From Candidatus Eiseniibacteriota bacterium (GTDB lineage Bacteria > Eisenbacteria > RBG-16-71-46): 64,000 bases of DNA. Shown here in pieces: positions 1 to 10,701 of this stretch. The stretch lies in assembly GCA_963707915.1 (NCBI GenBank), contig OY970178.1, forward strand, positions 576,001 through 640,000, read 5' to 3'. Each line of letters opens with the position of its first letter. Positions within the stretch are counted from its first letter, which is position 1. The notes under the pieces are model-generated. The model made no database searches and was not told where the DNA came from. It saw nothing but the letters and a program-made list of their open reading frames with translations. A program made the translations under genes and the position numbers.

Positions 1-582
1 GTGGCCGGGCTCGAGGAGGGGTTGTTCCCCCACGCCTCGTCGCTCGAGGATGACGCCGAGCTGGAGGAGGAGCGCCGGCTGTTCTACGTCGCCGTCACGC
101 GGGCGCGGAACGAGGTGCTGCTGACGGCGGCGGCGACCCGACGGCGCTTCGGGGCGCTGGGCGGTCCGTTGGGGGGGCAGGTGTCGCGCTTCGTCGAGGA
201 GATCCCCGCGGAGTTGCTGGACCGCGAGTTGTCGCCGGCCCTGGCGCGGCCGTCGCGGAGCGGCGGGGGCCGATGGGAGGGCGACGGGGCGGCCCGGGCG
301 GCGGGTCCCTCCGCGGGGGCTTCGCGGCGCGGGTGGTCCGAGGGGTCGGGGAGCGCGGCGCGGCGCGCGGAGGGCGGCCGCGCGCCGGAGTCGGCCGGGC
401 GCGGCGGGGCGGCGCACCGCGTGGTCGGCCGGGAGGTCTATCACGAGATCTTCGGTCGGGGTATCGTGGTGGACGCGGAGGGGCCGCCCGGCGACCTCAA
501 GTGCACCGTGCGCTTCGCTGCCGGCACGAAGAAGGTGATGGGGCGTTTCCTGACGGGAGGAAGCGATGGCGATCCCGCGTGA
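1..582 (+). CDS. pcrA: UvrD/PcrA DNA helicase, C-terminal part (5' truncated by window)
   Basis: GLEEGLFPH and EEERRLFYVAVTRA helicase motifs, SRFVEEIP, C-terminal Tudor-like VYHEIFGRG..V..F domain. Confidence 0.9.
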   Translation: MAGLEEGLFPHASSLEDDAELEEERRLFYVAVTRARNEVLLTAAATRRRFGALGGPLGGQVSRFVEEIPAELLDRELSPALARPSRSGGGRWEGDGAARAAGPSAGASRRGWSEGSGSAARRAEGGRAPESAGRGGAAHRVVGREVYHEIFGRGIVVDAEGPPGDLKCTVRFAAGTKKVMGRFLTGGSDGDPA

Positions 583-865
583 CGAGGTCCGGCGCATCGC
601 CGGGCTGGCGCGCCTGGAGATCCGCGAGGAGGATCTGGAACGCCTCGCGGCGGAGCTCTCGGCCGTGCTCGACTACGCGGAGGCCCTGAAGCGCCTCGAC
701 CTGACCGGCTGCGAGCCGCTGAGCTTCGTCCCGCCCGGGGGCCCGCTGCGCCCCGACGAGCCGGACGGCCGGGGCCTCACGGCGCGGCAGGCGCTCGCGA
801 TGGCGCCCGAGGCGGAGGGCGGGTTCTTCGTCGTCCCCGCGGTGCTGGAGGGCCAGGACCCGTGA
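566..865 (+). CDS. gatC: Asp/Glu-tRNA amidotransferase subunit C
   Basis: EVRRIAGLARL...LRPD...AP..EGGFFVVP; precedes gatA. Confidence 0.93.
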   Translation: MAIPRDEVRRIAGLARLEIREEDLERLAAELSAVLDYAEALKRLDLTGCEPLSFVPPGGPLRPDEPDGRGLTARQALAMAPEAEGGFFVVPAVLEGQDP

Positions 866-2337
866 CGTCGCGGGAACTGTGGCGCCTCTCGGCGCGCGCG
901 CTGGCGGACGCGGTGCGCGCCGGCGGGTGCACGGCGCGGGAGGCCGTCTCCGCGGGCTGGGAGGGCCCGGCGGCCGCCTGGGAGCGCGACGTCCACGCGA
1001 TCGCGCACTCGGACGCCGAGGGGCGGGGCGCGGAGGCCGGGGCGGCGACCGCGGGTCCGCTGGCGGGCGTGCCGGTGGTGGTCAAGGACAACCTCTGCAC
1101 GCTGGGGCTCCCCACGACCTGCTGCTCGCGGATGCTCGCGGGCTACCAGCCTCCCTACGACGCCACGGTGGTGCGGCGGCTGCGCGCGGCGGGCGGCGTG
1201 GTCACCGGCAAGGGCAACATGGACGAGTTCGCGATGGGCTCGTCCACCGAGCATTCGTGCTATGGCCCGACCCGCAACCCGTACGACCTCGCCCGCGTGC
1301 CGGGCGGTTCGAGCGGGGGGCCCGCCGCCGCGGTCGCCTACGGTCTCGCGCCGCTGGCGCTGGGCAGCGACACCGGCGGGTCGGTGCGTCAGCCAGCCGC
1401 CTTCTGCGGGGTCATCGGCCTCAAGCCCACCTACGGCCGGCTCTCCCGCTACGGGCTCGTGGCGTTCGCCTCCTCGCTCGACCAGGTGGGCATCTTCGGG
1501 CGCCATGCCGGGGACGTCGCGCTGCTCTATTCGTTGCTCGCGGAGCCGGACCCGCTCGACGCCACCAGCCGGCCCGGCCCGCCGCCGGACGTGAGCGGCT
1601 GGGACGGCGGGGTGGAGGGCGTGCGCATCGGCTGGCCCGCGAACCTCTGGCGGGAGGGAGTCGCCGCCGAGGTGGTGGAGGGGCTCGAGGAGGCCGCGGC
1701 GGCGCTCGAACGGGCCGGAGCGCGGCGGGTGCCGCTCGACTTCCTGCCGGGGGAATACGCGGTCGCGACCTACTACCTGGTGGCCACGGCGGAGGCCAGC
1801 TCCAACCTGGCGCGCTTCGACGGCGTGCGGTATGGCCAGCGGGCGCCGGGGAGCGCCGACCTGCCCGCGCTCTACGCGCGCAGCCGCGGGGCGGGATTCG
1901 GCGCCGAGGTGCAGCGGCGCATCCTGCTCGGCACCTGCGTGTTGTCAGCCGGCTACCAGGACCGGGTCTACCTCACGGCGCAGCGCGCCCGCGCGCGGAT
2001 CCGCCGGGAGTACGAGGCGGCCTTCGCCCGCTGCGACCTCCTGCTCATGCCGGCCGCGCCGACGCTGCCGTTCCGGCTGGGGGAGAAGCTGGACGACCCG
2101 CTCGCCATGTACCTGAGCGACATCTTCACGCTGGGTGCGAACCTCGCGGGCATCCCGGGACTGAGCGCGCCGGTCGGGGCGGCCGCGGGCGGACTGCCGC
2201 GGGCGGTGCAGTTGCTCGGCCCCGACGACGGCGAGGGACTGTTGTTGCGGGCCGCGCGGGCGCTCGAGGTGCGGGGCGCGCGGGCGCGGCTGGATCGCTC
2301 CCACGAAGCGGAGTTCGCGTGGCCCACGAGGCGGTGA
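862..2337 (+). CDS. gatA: Asp/Glu-tRNA amidotransferase subunit A
   Basis: KDN, GGSSGG, GSDTGGSVRQPA amidase signature, SSNLARFDG. Confidence 0.95.
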   Translation: MTSRELWRLSARALADAVRAGGCTAREAVSAGWEGPAAAWERDVHAIAHSDAEGRGAEAGAATAGPLAGVPVVVKDNLCTLGLPTTCCSRMLAGYQPPYDATVVRRLRAAGGVVTGKGNMDEFAMGSSTEHSCYGPTRNPYDLARVPGGSSGGPAAAVAYGLAPLALGSDTGGSVRQPAAFCGVIGLKPTYGRLSRYGLVAFASSLDQVGIFGRHAGDVALLYSLLAEPDPLDATSRPGPPPDVSGWDGGVEGVRIGWPANLWREGVAAEVVEGLEEAAAALERAGARRVPLDFLPGEYAVATYYLVATAEASSNLARFDGVRYGQRAPGSADLPALYARSRGAGFGAEVQRRILLGTCVLSAGYQDRVYLTAQRARARIRREYEAAFARCDLLLMPAAPTLPFRLGEKLDDPLAMYLSDIFTLGANLAGIPGLSAPVGAAAGGLPRAVQLLGPDDGEGLLLRAARALEVRGARARLDRSHEAEFAWPTRR

Positions 2338-3806
2338 TCGGGCTGGAGTGCCACATCCAGCTGCGGACCCGCGGCAAGATGTTCTGCGGGTGCCCGGCGG
2401 AGTTCGGCGCTGTCCCCAACGCCAACGTCTGCCCGGTGTGCCTCGGCCTGCCGGGCGCTCTGCCGAGGACGAACCGCGAGGCCGTGGTGCTCGCGCTGCG
2501 GCTCGGGCTGGCCCTGGGCTGCGCGGTCCGCGCGGAGAGCCGGTTCGCGCGCAAGCACTACTTCTACCCGGACCTGCCGAAGAACTACCAGATCACCCAG
2601 TATGACCGGCCGCTCTGCCACGGGGGCGCGCTGCCGGTGGAGGACGGAGGCGGCGGGCGCCGCTACGCGCTCGAGCGCCTTCACCTGGAGGAGGACGCCG
2701 GGAAGTCCTCGCACCCGGTGCGGGCCGGCGACCGGCCGTTCTCGCTGGTGGACTTCAACCGGGCGGGGGTGCCGCTGCTCGAGCTGGTGACGGCGCCGGT
2801 GTTCCGGGAACCGGCCGAGTGCGCCGCCTTCCTCGCGGCCCTGCGCCGCCTGGTGCGCTGGCTCGACGTCTCGGACGGCGACATGGAGAAGGGGCAGCTG
2901 CGCTGCGACGCCAACGTGAGCCTGCGGTCGGCCGGCGCCGAAGCGCTGGGGGTCAGGACGGAGCTGAAGAACCTCAACTCGATCCGGGGGGTCGAGAAGG
3001 GCCTGGCCGCCGAGATCGCCCGGCAGCGTCGGCTGCTCGACGCCGGTCGCCCGGTCGAGCCGGCCACCCTGCTCTACGACGTCGAGCACGACCGGCTGGC
3101 GGTGATGCGGTCGAAGGAGGCCGACCGCGACTACCGCTATTTCCCCGAGCCCGACCTGCCCGCCCTGTGCGTGGAGGACGCCGTCCTCGCGGCGGTGCGC
3201 GGCGGGCTGCCCGAGCTGCCGTGGGACCGGGCGGCGCGCCTGGCCGCGCGCCACGGGCTGTCCCCGCGCGACGCCGCGATCCTGTGCGGGCAGCGCGAGC
3301 TCGCGGATTACTTCGAGGCCTGCGCCGCGGTGGCGGACCCGGGGCTGGCGGCGAACTGGGTGATGACCGAGGTGCTGCGCGTGGTGCGCGAGCCGGCCGT
3401 GCCGATCGGGGCCTTCGCCGCGCGCGTGCCGGCGGCCCGGCTGGGCGGTCTCGTGGCGCGCGTCGCGGCGAAGGAGATCCCGGGACCGCTCGCGAAGCAG
3501 GTGTTCGCGTGGATGCTGGCGGAGGGCGGGGACGCGGACGAGTTGCTCGCACGCCACGGCGTGCGCGCGATGCGTGACGCCGCGGAGCTGCTGCCGCTGC
3601 TCGCGGAAGTGTTCGGGGAGCACGGGGCGGCGGTGGCGGAGGCCGTGGCCGGGAACCGCAGGACGGTGGAGTTCCTGGTCGGGCAGGTCATGAAGCGGAG
3701 CCGCGGCCAGGCCGTTCCGCGGGTCGTGCAGGAGCTCGTGGCGACCGAGCTCGCCCGGCGCGCCGCGGGGGGCGGTCCGCCCCGCGATCCCGCGGACGCT
3801 CCTTGA
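2319..3806 (+). CDS. gatB: Asp/Glu-tRNA amidotransferase subunit B (GTG start at 2319)
   Basis: VIGLECHIQL, CPVCLGLPG, YFYPDLPKNYQITQ, HLEEDAGK, RCDANVS, DYRYFPEPDLP. Confidence 0.95.
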   Translation: MAHEAVIGLECHIQLRTRGKMFCGCPAEFGAVPNANVCPVCLGLPGALPRTNREAVVLALRLGLALGCAVRAESRFARKHYFYPDLPKNYQITQYDRPLCHGGALPVEDGGGGRRYALERLHLEEDAGKSSHPVRAGDRPFSLVDFNRAGVPLLELVTAPVFREPAECAAFLAALRRLVRWLDVSDGDMEKGQLRCDANVSLRSAGAEALGVRTELKNLNSIRGVEKGLAAEIARQRRLLDAGRPVEPATLLYDVEHDRLAVMRSKEADRDYRYFPEPDLPALCVEDAVLAAVRGGLPELPWDRAARLAARHGLSPRDAAILCGQRELADYFEACAAVADPGLAANWVMTEVLRVVREPAVPIGAFAARVPAARLGGLVARVAAKEIPGPLAKQVFAWMLAEGGDADELLARHGVRAMRDAAELLPLLAEVFGEHGAAVAEAVAGNRRTVEFLVGQVMKRSRGQAVPRVVQELVATELARRAAGGGPPRDPADAP

Positions 3807-3832
3807 CCCTCGCACGGAGCACTCGATAGAGT
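3803..3832 (+). promoter_or_regulatory. sigma70-type promoter TTGACC-N18-TAGAGT upstream of tsaC
   Basis: -35/-10 hexamers at plausible spacing in GC-rich background. Confidence 0.55.
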
Positions 3833-3915
3833 CGTGCCCCGGACGTCTGCCGCGTCCCCGTCGTTCCCCGGGCGCGTGCATGCGCCGGGCCCGTTCCGCG
3901 GAGTGGAGGCTGAGC

Positions 3916-4572
3916 ATGCAGGTCCTGCGCATCGACCCCGAGCATCCGGACGAGACCGCGTTGACCCGCACCGCGGAGGAGGTGCTGCGCGGCGGGATCG
4001 TGGCGTTCCCGACGGACACCATCTACGGGCTGGGGTGCTCGCTGTTCGACGCGGCCGCGGTGGCGATGCTGGCGCAGATCAAGCGCCGGGCGCCCAGCCA
4101 CGCATTCATCTCGCTCATCCCCGAGTCGATGCAGGCGTGGGGCCTGGCGGCCGACGTGAGTCCCGTGGCGGAACGGCTCATCGATCGCTTCTGGCCGGGC
4201 CCGCTGTCGCTGATCTTCCGTGCCTCGCCGCTGGTGCCGGAGCGCGTGCTGGGCCGCGGGGGCACGGTCGCCCTGCGGTGCCCGCGCGACACGCTGTGCG
4301 AACGCATCCTCGAGCGGATCGGCGGGCCGGTGGTCTCCTCCAGCGCCAACCTGTCGGGCGAGCCGCCCGCGGAGAGCGCCGCGGAGGTCGTGGCGATCTT
4401 CGGCAACCAGCTGGACCTGGTGCTGGACGGCGGCCCGCGGCACGCCCGGCCGCCGACGACGCTGGTGGACGTCAGCGGCGAGCGGCCGCGCCTGCTGCGG
4501 CGCGGCACCCTCGACGTGAGCGCGGAACTGGGTCCGTTCGACGACGAGACCCGGAGGCCTAAGGGGGCCTAG
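3916..4572 (+). CDS. tsaC: L-threonylcarbamoyladenylate synthase (TsaC/YwlC)
   Basis: VAFPTDTIYGLG, KRR, FWPGPL, SSANLSG; GGAGG SD before ATG 3916. Confidence 0.93.
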   Translation: MQVLRIDPEHPDETALTRTAEEVLRGGIVAFPTDTIYGLGCSLFDAAAVAMLAQIKRRAPSHAFISLIPESMQAWGLAADVSPVAERLIDRFWPGPLSLIFRASPLVPERVLGRGGTVALRCPRDTLCERILERIGGPVVSSSANLSGEPPAESAAEVVAIFGNQLDLVLDGGPRHARPPTTLVDVSGERPRLLRRGTLDVSAELGPFDDETRRPKGA

Positions 4573-4745
4573 CCTCGATGGTCCGCTCGGGCCGACGCGC
4601 CGCGGATGGCGGCGTGGGCCGCCACGAACCGCGCGCGGTGCAGCCGACACGACGAGCGGTGGAACCACGGGCGCCGGGCGTCGCGGATGCCCGCGAGCCG
4701 GTCCTTCGTGGGGCGACATCCTCCCGGACGAGCCAGGGGGGACAT
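4569..4745 (-). pseudogene. 58-codon ORF, possible decayed transposase C-terminal remnant
   Basis: ATG..TAG with GC3-rich codons (MSPLARPGGCRPTKDRLAGIRDARRPWFHRSSCRLHRARFVAAHAAIRGASARADHRG); weak remembered similarity only. Confidence 0.25.
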
Positions 4746-4779
4746 CCCCGGTCACGGACGACACCGGCGTCCGCGGGGT

Positions 4780-4808
4780 TTGACCCTTCCGCGGGCCGAG
4801 CCTATGCT
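4780..4808 (+). promoter_or_regulatory. sigma70-type promoter TTGACC-N17-TATGCT; near-leaderless ywlE transcript
   Basis: Hexamers at 17-nt spacing; ATG only 8 nt after the -10, no SD. Confidence 0.65.
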
Positions 4809-4816
4809 CGGTCGCG

Positions 4817-5308
4817 ATGATGTCCCGCACGCCGCCCTTCCGCCTGGTGTTGCTGTGCACCGGCAACACGTGCCGCAGCCCGCTGGCCGAGGCGCTGTTC
4901 CGCGAGGCACTGGGGCCGGATTCGGGACGAGTGGAGGTGGTGTCCGCCGGGACCGCGGCGTCGGAAGGGCAGCCGGCCAGCGTCGGGGCGAGCACGGTCG
5001 CGGCCCGGGCCGGGCTCGACCTGGGCGGCCATCGGTCGCGGCGGGCCAGCGCGGAGCTGGTGGCGGGCGCCGACCTGGTCCTCGTCATGGAGCACGAGCA
5101 CGCGCGCGTGGCCAGGGCCCTGGGCGCCGACCCGAGCCGCACCCACGTGCTGTCCGAGTGGCCCGAGCCGGGTGATCCATCGCTCGCCGTGTCCGACCCG
5201 TTCGGGGGTTCGTTGGAAGGATATGAAGAGTGTCTGGGCCGGATCCGGTGCCACGTCGACCGGATCGTGCCGCGCATCCGCGAGGCGTTGCGGTCGCGGC
5301 CGGCCTGA
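4817..5308 (+). CDS. ywlE: Low-molecular-weight phosphatase, protein-arginine phosphatase type
   Basis: CTGNTCRS P-loop (Thr variant), DPFGG; tsaC-X-rpiB-glyA synteny as in Bacillus ywlC-ywlE-ywlF-glyA. Confidence 0.8.
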   Translation: MMSRTPPFRLVLLCTGNTCRSPLAEALFREALGPDSGRVEVVSAGTAASEGQPASVGASTVAARAGLDLGGHRSRRASAELVAGADLVLVMEHEHARVARALGADPSRTHVLSEWPEPGDPSLAVSDPFGGSLEGYEECLGRIRCHVDRIVPRIREALRSRPA

Positions 5309-5340
5309 GCTTTCGTGCCGCATATCCCATGAGGTGAATC

Positions 5341-6291
5341 ATGCCGATGACCAAGGCGAAGAGCATCTGGATGAACGGGGAGCAGGTGCCTTGGGACGAC
5401 GCGAAGGTGCACGTGCTGACGCACGCGCTGCACTACGCCTCGAGCGTCTTCGAGGGCATCCGCGCGTACGAGACCCCGCAGGGCACGGCCATCTTCCGGC
5501 TCGAGGAGCACATCGACCGGCTGATGTTCTCGGCCCGGGTGTACCGGATGGAGCAGGAGCTGGCCTTCTCGCGTGACCGGATCCGCGACGCCTGCCTGCA
5601 GACGGTGGCGGCGAACGGGTTGAAGGACTGCTACATCCGCCCGCTGATCTATCGCAGCTACGAGCACATGGGAGTGAACCCCTTCGGCAACCCGGTGCAC
5701 GTGTGCGTGGCCGCCTTCATCTGGGGCCAGTACCTCGGGAAGGACGCGCTCGAGAAGGGCAGCGCGGTCAAGGTCGGGACCTGGCACCGCCTCGCCCCGA
5801 ACACGCTGCCGGTCATGGTCAAGGCCTCCGCCAACTACATGAACTCCCAACTCCTGAAGATGGAGGCCGTGGTGGAGGGCTACGACGAGGCGATCGCCCT
5901 CGACGTGAACGGGTACGTGAGCGAGGGCAGCGCGGCCAACGTCTTCGCCGTGGTCAAGGGCGAGATCCTGACCCCGCTGCTGGCGAACAGCGTGCTGGCG
6001 GGCATCACGCGCGACAGCGTCATCACGCTGGCGCGCGAGCTGGGCTACACGGTGCGCGAGCAGTCCCTGCCGCGCGAGATGCTCTACCTGGCCGACGAGC
6101 TGTTCTACAGCGGCACGGCGGTCGAGGTGACGCCGATCACCTCGGTGGACAAGATCCCGGTGGGCAAGGGCGTGGTGGGGCCGGTCACGCGGGCGCTGCA
6201 GAAGGCCTACTTCGCCGAGGTGCGGGGCGAGGCCCCGGATCGCCACGGCTGGCGCAGCCTGGTCCCGCAGGGCGCGGCCGCGGCGCACTGA
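5341..6291 (+). CDS. ilvE: Branched-chain amino acid aminotransferase
   Basis: [39 protein letters not shown]. Confidence 0.95.
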   Translation: MPMTKAKSIWMNGEQVPWDDAKVHVLTHALHYASSVFEGIRAYETPQGTAIFRLEEHIDRLMFSARVYRMEQELAFSRDRIRDACLQTVAANGLKDCYIRPLIYRSYEHMGVNPFGNPVHVCVAAFIWGQYLGKDALEKGSAVKVGTWHRLAPNTLPVMVKASANYMNSQLLKMEAVVEGYDEAIALDVNGYVSEGSAANVFAVVKGEILTPLLANSVLAGITRDSVITLARELGYTVREQSLPREMLYLADELFYSGTAVEVTPITSVDKIPVGKGVVGPVTRALQKAYFAEVRGEAPDRHGWRSLVPQGAAAAH

Positions 6292-6314
6292 GCCGCCGGG
6301 GCCCGGGAGGCGGT

Positions 6315-6782
6315 ATGAAGGTCGCGATCGGCACCGACCACGCGGGTTACGAGCTGAAGGAGCGCTTCAAGCGCGAGCTCGCGTCGCTGGGCCACGACGT
6401 GCGGGACGTCGGCACCGCCGCGGCTCTGCCGCCGGTGGACTACCCGGACTACTGCTTCCCGGTGGGCGAGCTGGTGGCGCGCGGCGCGGTGGATCGCGGG
6501 GTGGTGCTGGGCGGCAGCGGGATCGGCGAGGCGATCGCGGCGAACAAGGTGGCGGGCGTGCGGGCCGCCCTGGTCACCAGCGACGAGACCGCGCGGTTGA
6601 CCCGCGAGCACAACGACTCCAACGTCATGGCGGTGGGGGCCCGGACCAACCGTCACGACGACGCCGTGCGCTGGCTGCGCATCTGGCTCGAAACCCCCTT
6701 CGAGGGCGGGCGTCACGTCCTGCGACTCGAGAAGATCCGGACCTACGAGGACCTCCACTGGAGAAGCCGGCAGGCACCATGA
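6315..6782 (+). CDS. rpiB: Ribose-5-phosphate isomerase B
   Basis: [38 protein letters not shown]. Confidence 0.93.
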   Translation: MKVAIGTDHAGYELKERFKRELASLGHDVRDVGTAAALPPVDYPDYCFPVGELVARGAVDRGVVLGGSGIGEAIAANKVAGVRAALVTSDETARLTREHNDSNVMAVGARTNRHDDAVRWLRIWLETPFEGGRHVLRLEKIRTYEDLHWRSRQAP

Positions 6783-8047
6783 CCTCACTCCGCGAGCAGG
6801 ACCCCACGATCTTCGACGCCATCCATGACGAGCGCCGCCGCCAGCTCACCACCCTCGAGCTGATCGCCTCGGAGAACTTCGTCAGCGAGCCGGTGCTCGA
6901 GGCGCTGGGCTCGGTCATGACCAACAAGTACGCGGAGGGCCTGCCGCGCAAGCGCTACTACGGCGGCTGCGAGTTCGTGGACGTGGCGGAGGAGCTGGCG
7001 CGCGAGCGGGTGAAGCAGTTGTTCGCCGCCGATCACGCCAACGTGCAGGCGCACTCGGGGGCCTCGGCGAACATCGCGGCGTACCTCGCGGTCTCCAAGC
7101 CGGGCGACACGCTGCTTGGCATGAGCCTGGCCCACGGCGGGCACCTCACGCACGGCCACCCGGTCTCGTTCACCGGGCAGCTGTGGAAGTCGGTGCAGTA
7201 CGGCGTGCGCCCCGAGGACGGGCGCATCGACTACGAGCAGCTGGAGGCCCTCGCCCGCGAGCACCGGCCGCGGATCATCGTGGCCGGCGCCAGCGCCTAC
7301 CCGCGGATCATCGACTTCCCGCGGTTCGCGGCGATCGCGCAGGAGGTGGGGGCGAGCCTGGTCGTGGACATGGCCCACATCGCCGGGTTGGTGGCGGCCG
7401 GCCTGCATCCCAGCCCGGTGCCGCACGCCGACCTGGTCACGAGCACCACGCACAAGACGCTGCGCGGTCCGCGCGGCGGTTTCATCCTGGCGAAGGCGGC
7501 GCTGCTCGAGAAGCTCGACAAGAGCGTGTTCCCGGGGCTGCAGGGCGGGCCGCTGATGCACGTCATCGCGGCCAAGGCCGTGTGCTTCGGCGAGGCGCTC
7601 ACGCCCGGCTTCCAGGCGTACCAGCGGCGGGTGGTCGAGAACGCGCAGGCGCTGGCCCAGCGGCTGCTCGGCCACGGCATCGAGCTGGTGTCGGGGGGCA
7701 CGGACAACCACCTGATGCTGCTCGACCTGAGGAAGCGCGGTCTCACCGGCAAGCTGGCCGAGGAGGCGCTGCACCGGGCGCGCATCACGGTGAACAAGAA
7801 CGCGGTGCCCAACGACCCGCAGAAGCCGTGGGTCACCAGCGGCGTGCGCATCGGCACGCCGGCGCTCACCACGCGCGGATTCGGCGTGGCCGAGATGCAG
7901 GTCATCGGGGACTGCATCGCGAAGGTGCTGGAGAAGCCGGACGACACGACCCTGGCCGCGGCGGTGGAGCAGGACGTCCTCGCGCTGTGCTCGGGCTTCC
8001 CGCTGTTCTCCTGGGAGCCGGTGAAGCGGGCGGACGTAGCGCGGTAG
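6779..8047 (+). CDS. glyA: Serine hydroxymethyltransferase
   Basis: [32 protein letters not shown]. Confidence 0.97.
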   Translation: MTSLREQDPTIFDAIHDERRRQLTTLELIASENFVSEPVLEALGSVMTNKYAEGLPRKRYYGGCEFVDVAEELARERVKQLFAADHANVQAHSGASANIAAYLAVSKPGDTLLGMSLAHGGHLTHGHPVSFTGQLWKSVQYGVRPEDGRIDYEQLEALAREHRPRIIVAGASAYPRIIDFPRFAAIAQEVGASLVVDMAHIAGLVAAGLHPSPVPHADLVTSTTHKTLRGPRGGFILAKAALLEKLDKSVFPGLQGGPLMHVIAAKAVCFGEALTPGFQAYQRRVVENAQALAQRLLGHGIELVSGGTDNHLMLLDLRKRGLTGKLAEEALHRARITVNKNAVPNDPQKPWVTSGVRIGTPALTTRGFGVAEMQVIGDCIAKVLEKPDDTTLAAAVEQDVLALCSGFPLFSWEPVKRADVAR

Positions 8048-8070
8048 CGCCGACGCCCGCAGCGATCGGT

Positions 8071-8104
8071 GGCCGGCCCCCGGGGCGCCTCCCGGGGGCC
8101 GGTT
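8071..8104 (+). terminator. GC-rich hairpin after glyA (putative terminator)
   Basis: CCGGCCCCCGGG-gcgcct-CCCGGGGGCCGG perfect 12-bp stem; only a short U tail. Confidence 0.55.
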
Positions 8105-8233
8105 CGTGCAAGGTGAAGCGCGCGCCGGGTCAGGATGCATCGCGCGCGGGCCGGGGCCCGGGGTGCCGCGTGAGGTGCGGGCCCGGAACGGTTGTCCTGC
8201 AACGCGTTGGGGGCATCGGCCATCGCCGCCGGG

Positions 8234-8249
8234 TGGCACCGTTCCTGCC
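8234..8249 (+). promoter_or_regulatory. sigma54 (-24/-12) promoter
   Basis: TGGCACcgttcCTGC with exact GG-N10-GC spacing; IHF-like CAAnnnnTTG at 8200-8209. Confidence 0.7.
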
Positions 8250-8261
8250 TATGCGGCCGGT

Positions 8262-8681
8262 GTGCGACTTTGCCTGGTCTCCCTGCCCGACATCCTCGAG
8301 TCCCCGCGCACCTGGGCGCTGGCCTGCCGGCACCCATGGCTGTTCGACGGCGAGACGTTGCACCTGGCGGGGCTGCGCGCGGCCTGGGCCGGGGAGCACG
8401 ACACCGCCATCCGCCTGTTCGAGGGCGCGGCCCGGCGCTACCGGGCGGCGCTCCGGGTGGAGCCCCTTGCCCGGGTGCGCGTCCACCAGCTCATGGTCCG
8501 CGCCTGCGCCGCCGGCGGTTGGATCAGCCCGTTGTCGCTCGAGGTGGACCGGGCGCTCACCCGGCTCGAACAGATCGAATCCCCGGAGCCGCCCTTCGAG
8601 CTGGTGCCGGCCCACGTCCTGCTCGCGAACTGGCTCGCGGGCACCGGGCCCGAGAGCGACGCGGGGCGGCTCGCGGCCTGA
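8262..8681 (+). CDS. Hypothetical helical (TPR-like) protein
   Basis: Coding-like codon usage from GTG 8262; TPR-like LHLAG..A...GEHDTAIRLFEGA; ends in RLAA. Confidence 0.65.
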   Translation: MRLCLVSLPDILESPRTWALACRHPWLFDGETLHLAGLRAAWAGEHDTAIRLFEGAARRYRAALRVEPLARVRVHQLMVRACAAGGWISPLSLEVDRALTRLEQIESPEPPFELVPAHVLLANWLAGTGPESDAGRLAA

Positions 8682-8735
8682 GTCCCCCGCGCGGGGCGCG
8701 ACCGGCGCCCGGACCGCGTCCTCCTCCTGCGCGGA

Positions 8736-8763
8736 TTGAACTCGACCGCCGCTCCGATATACT
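8736..8763 (+). promoter_or_regulatory. sigma70-type promoter TTGAAC-N16-TATACT for the moxR/bat operon
   Basis: Hexamer match upstream of GGAGGAG SD of moxR. Confidence 0.55.
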
Positions 8764-8829
8764 GCGCGCGCACCCGCACCCGCCGAGACGGCCCGATCTC
8801 CGCGTCGCACCTTCCCTGGAGGAGCCTGC

Positions 8830-9816
<987 letters not shown>

Positions 9817-9819
9817 GTC

Positions 9820-10701
9820 ATGCAGACTTCTGAGCTGCTGCGCAAGGTCCGGCGGCTCGAGATCCGCAGCCGGCACCTGGTCGCGGACCTCTTCGCGGGG
9901 AACGCCGAGAGCGTCTTCAAGGGCCGGGGCATGGAGTTCGAGGAGGTGCGGCGCTACGTCCCGGGGGACGAGGTGCGCGACATCGACTGGAACGTCACGG
10001 CCCGTTTCGGCGAGCCGTTCGTCAAGCGTTTCGTCGAGGAGCGCGAGCTCACGGTGGTGCTGGTGGTGGACGTCTCGCGCTCGATGCGCTTCAGCACCGC
10101 CGCGGTCGAGAAGCGCGAGCTGGCCGCCGAACTGTGCGCGGTGCTGGGATTCGCGGCGCAGCGGCACAACGACAAGGTCTCGCTGCTGCTGGTGGGCCGC
10201 CGCGTCGAGCACTTCGTCCCGCCCGGCCGGGGGCGCTCGCACGTGTTGCGGATGCTGCGCGACGTGCTGGGTGCCGAGGCCCGGCCGGGCCCGGCGGGTG
10301 CGCGGGACGCCGCGCACTTCCTGCTGCGCACCGCGCGCCGGCACAGCGTGGTCTTCTGGATCTCCGACTTCGACGACCCGCTCGATCCGCGCGACTGGAG
10401 GGTGCTGGCGCGGCGCCACGACGTGACCGCGCTGTTGCTGCGCGACGCCCGCGACGAGTCGCTGCCCTCGGTCGGCTGGGTCGAGCTCGAGGACCTCGAG
10501 AGCGGGGAGCGGCGGCTGGTGGACAGCGGCGATCCGCGCACCCGCGAGCGCTACCAGCGCGAGGCCGCGAAGCGGCTCAAGACGGTGAGCGGCGCGCTCG
10601 CCCAGGCCCGCTGCCCGTTGCTGGTGCTCCAGACCGGCCGGCCCTGGCTGCCGGTGCTGATGCGCTACTTCAGCCAGCGGCGCCGGGGGAGGCGCGGGTG
10701 A
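9820..10701 (+). CDS. DUF58 domain protein
   Basis: GMEFEEVRRYVPGDEVRDIDWNVTAR, EERE, DVSRSM, ISDF. Confidence 0.92.
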   Translation: MQTSELLRKVRRLEIRSRHLVADLFAGNAESVFKGRGMEFEEVRRYVPGDEVRDIDWNVTARFGEPFVKRFVEERELTVVLVVDVSRSMRFSTAAVEKRELAAELCAVLGFAAQRHNDKVSLLLVGRRVEHFVPPGRGRSHVLRMLRDVLGAEARPGPAGARDAAHFLLRTARRHSVVFWISDFDDPLDPRDWRVLARRHDVTALLLRDARDESLPSVGWVELEDLESGERRLVDSGDPRTRERYQREAAKRLKTVSGALAQARCPLLVLQTGRPWLPVLMRYFSQRRRGRRG

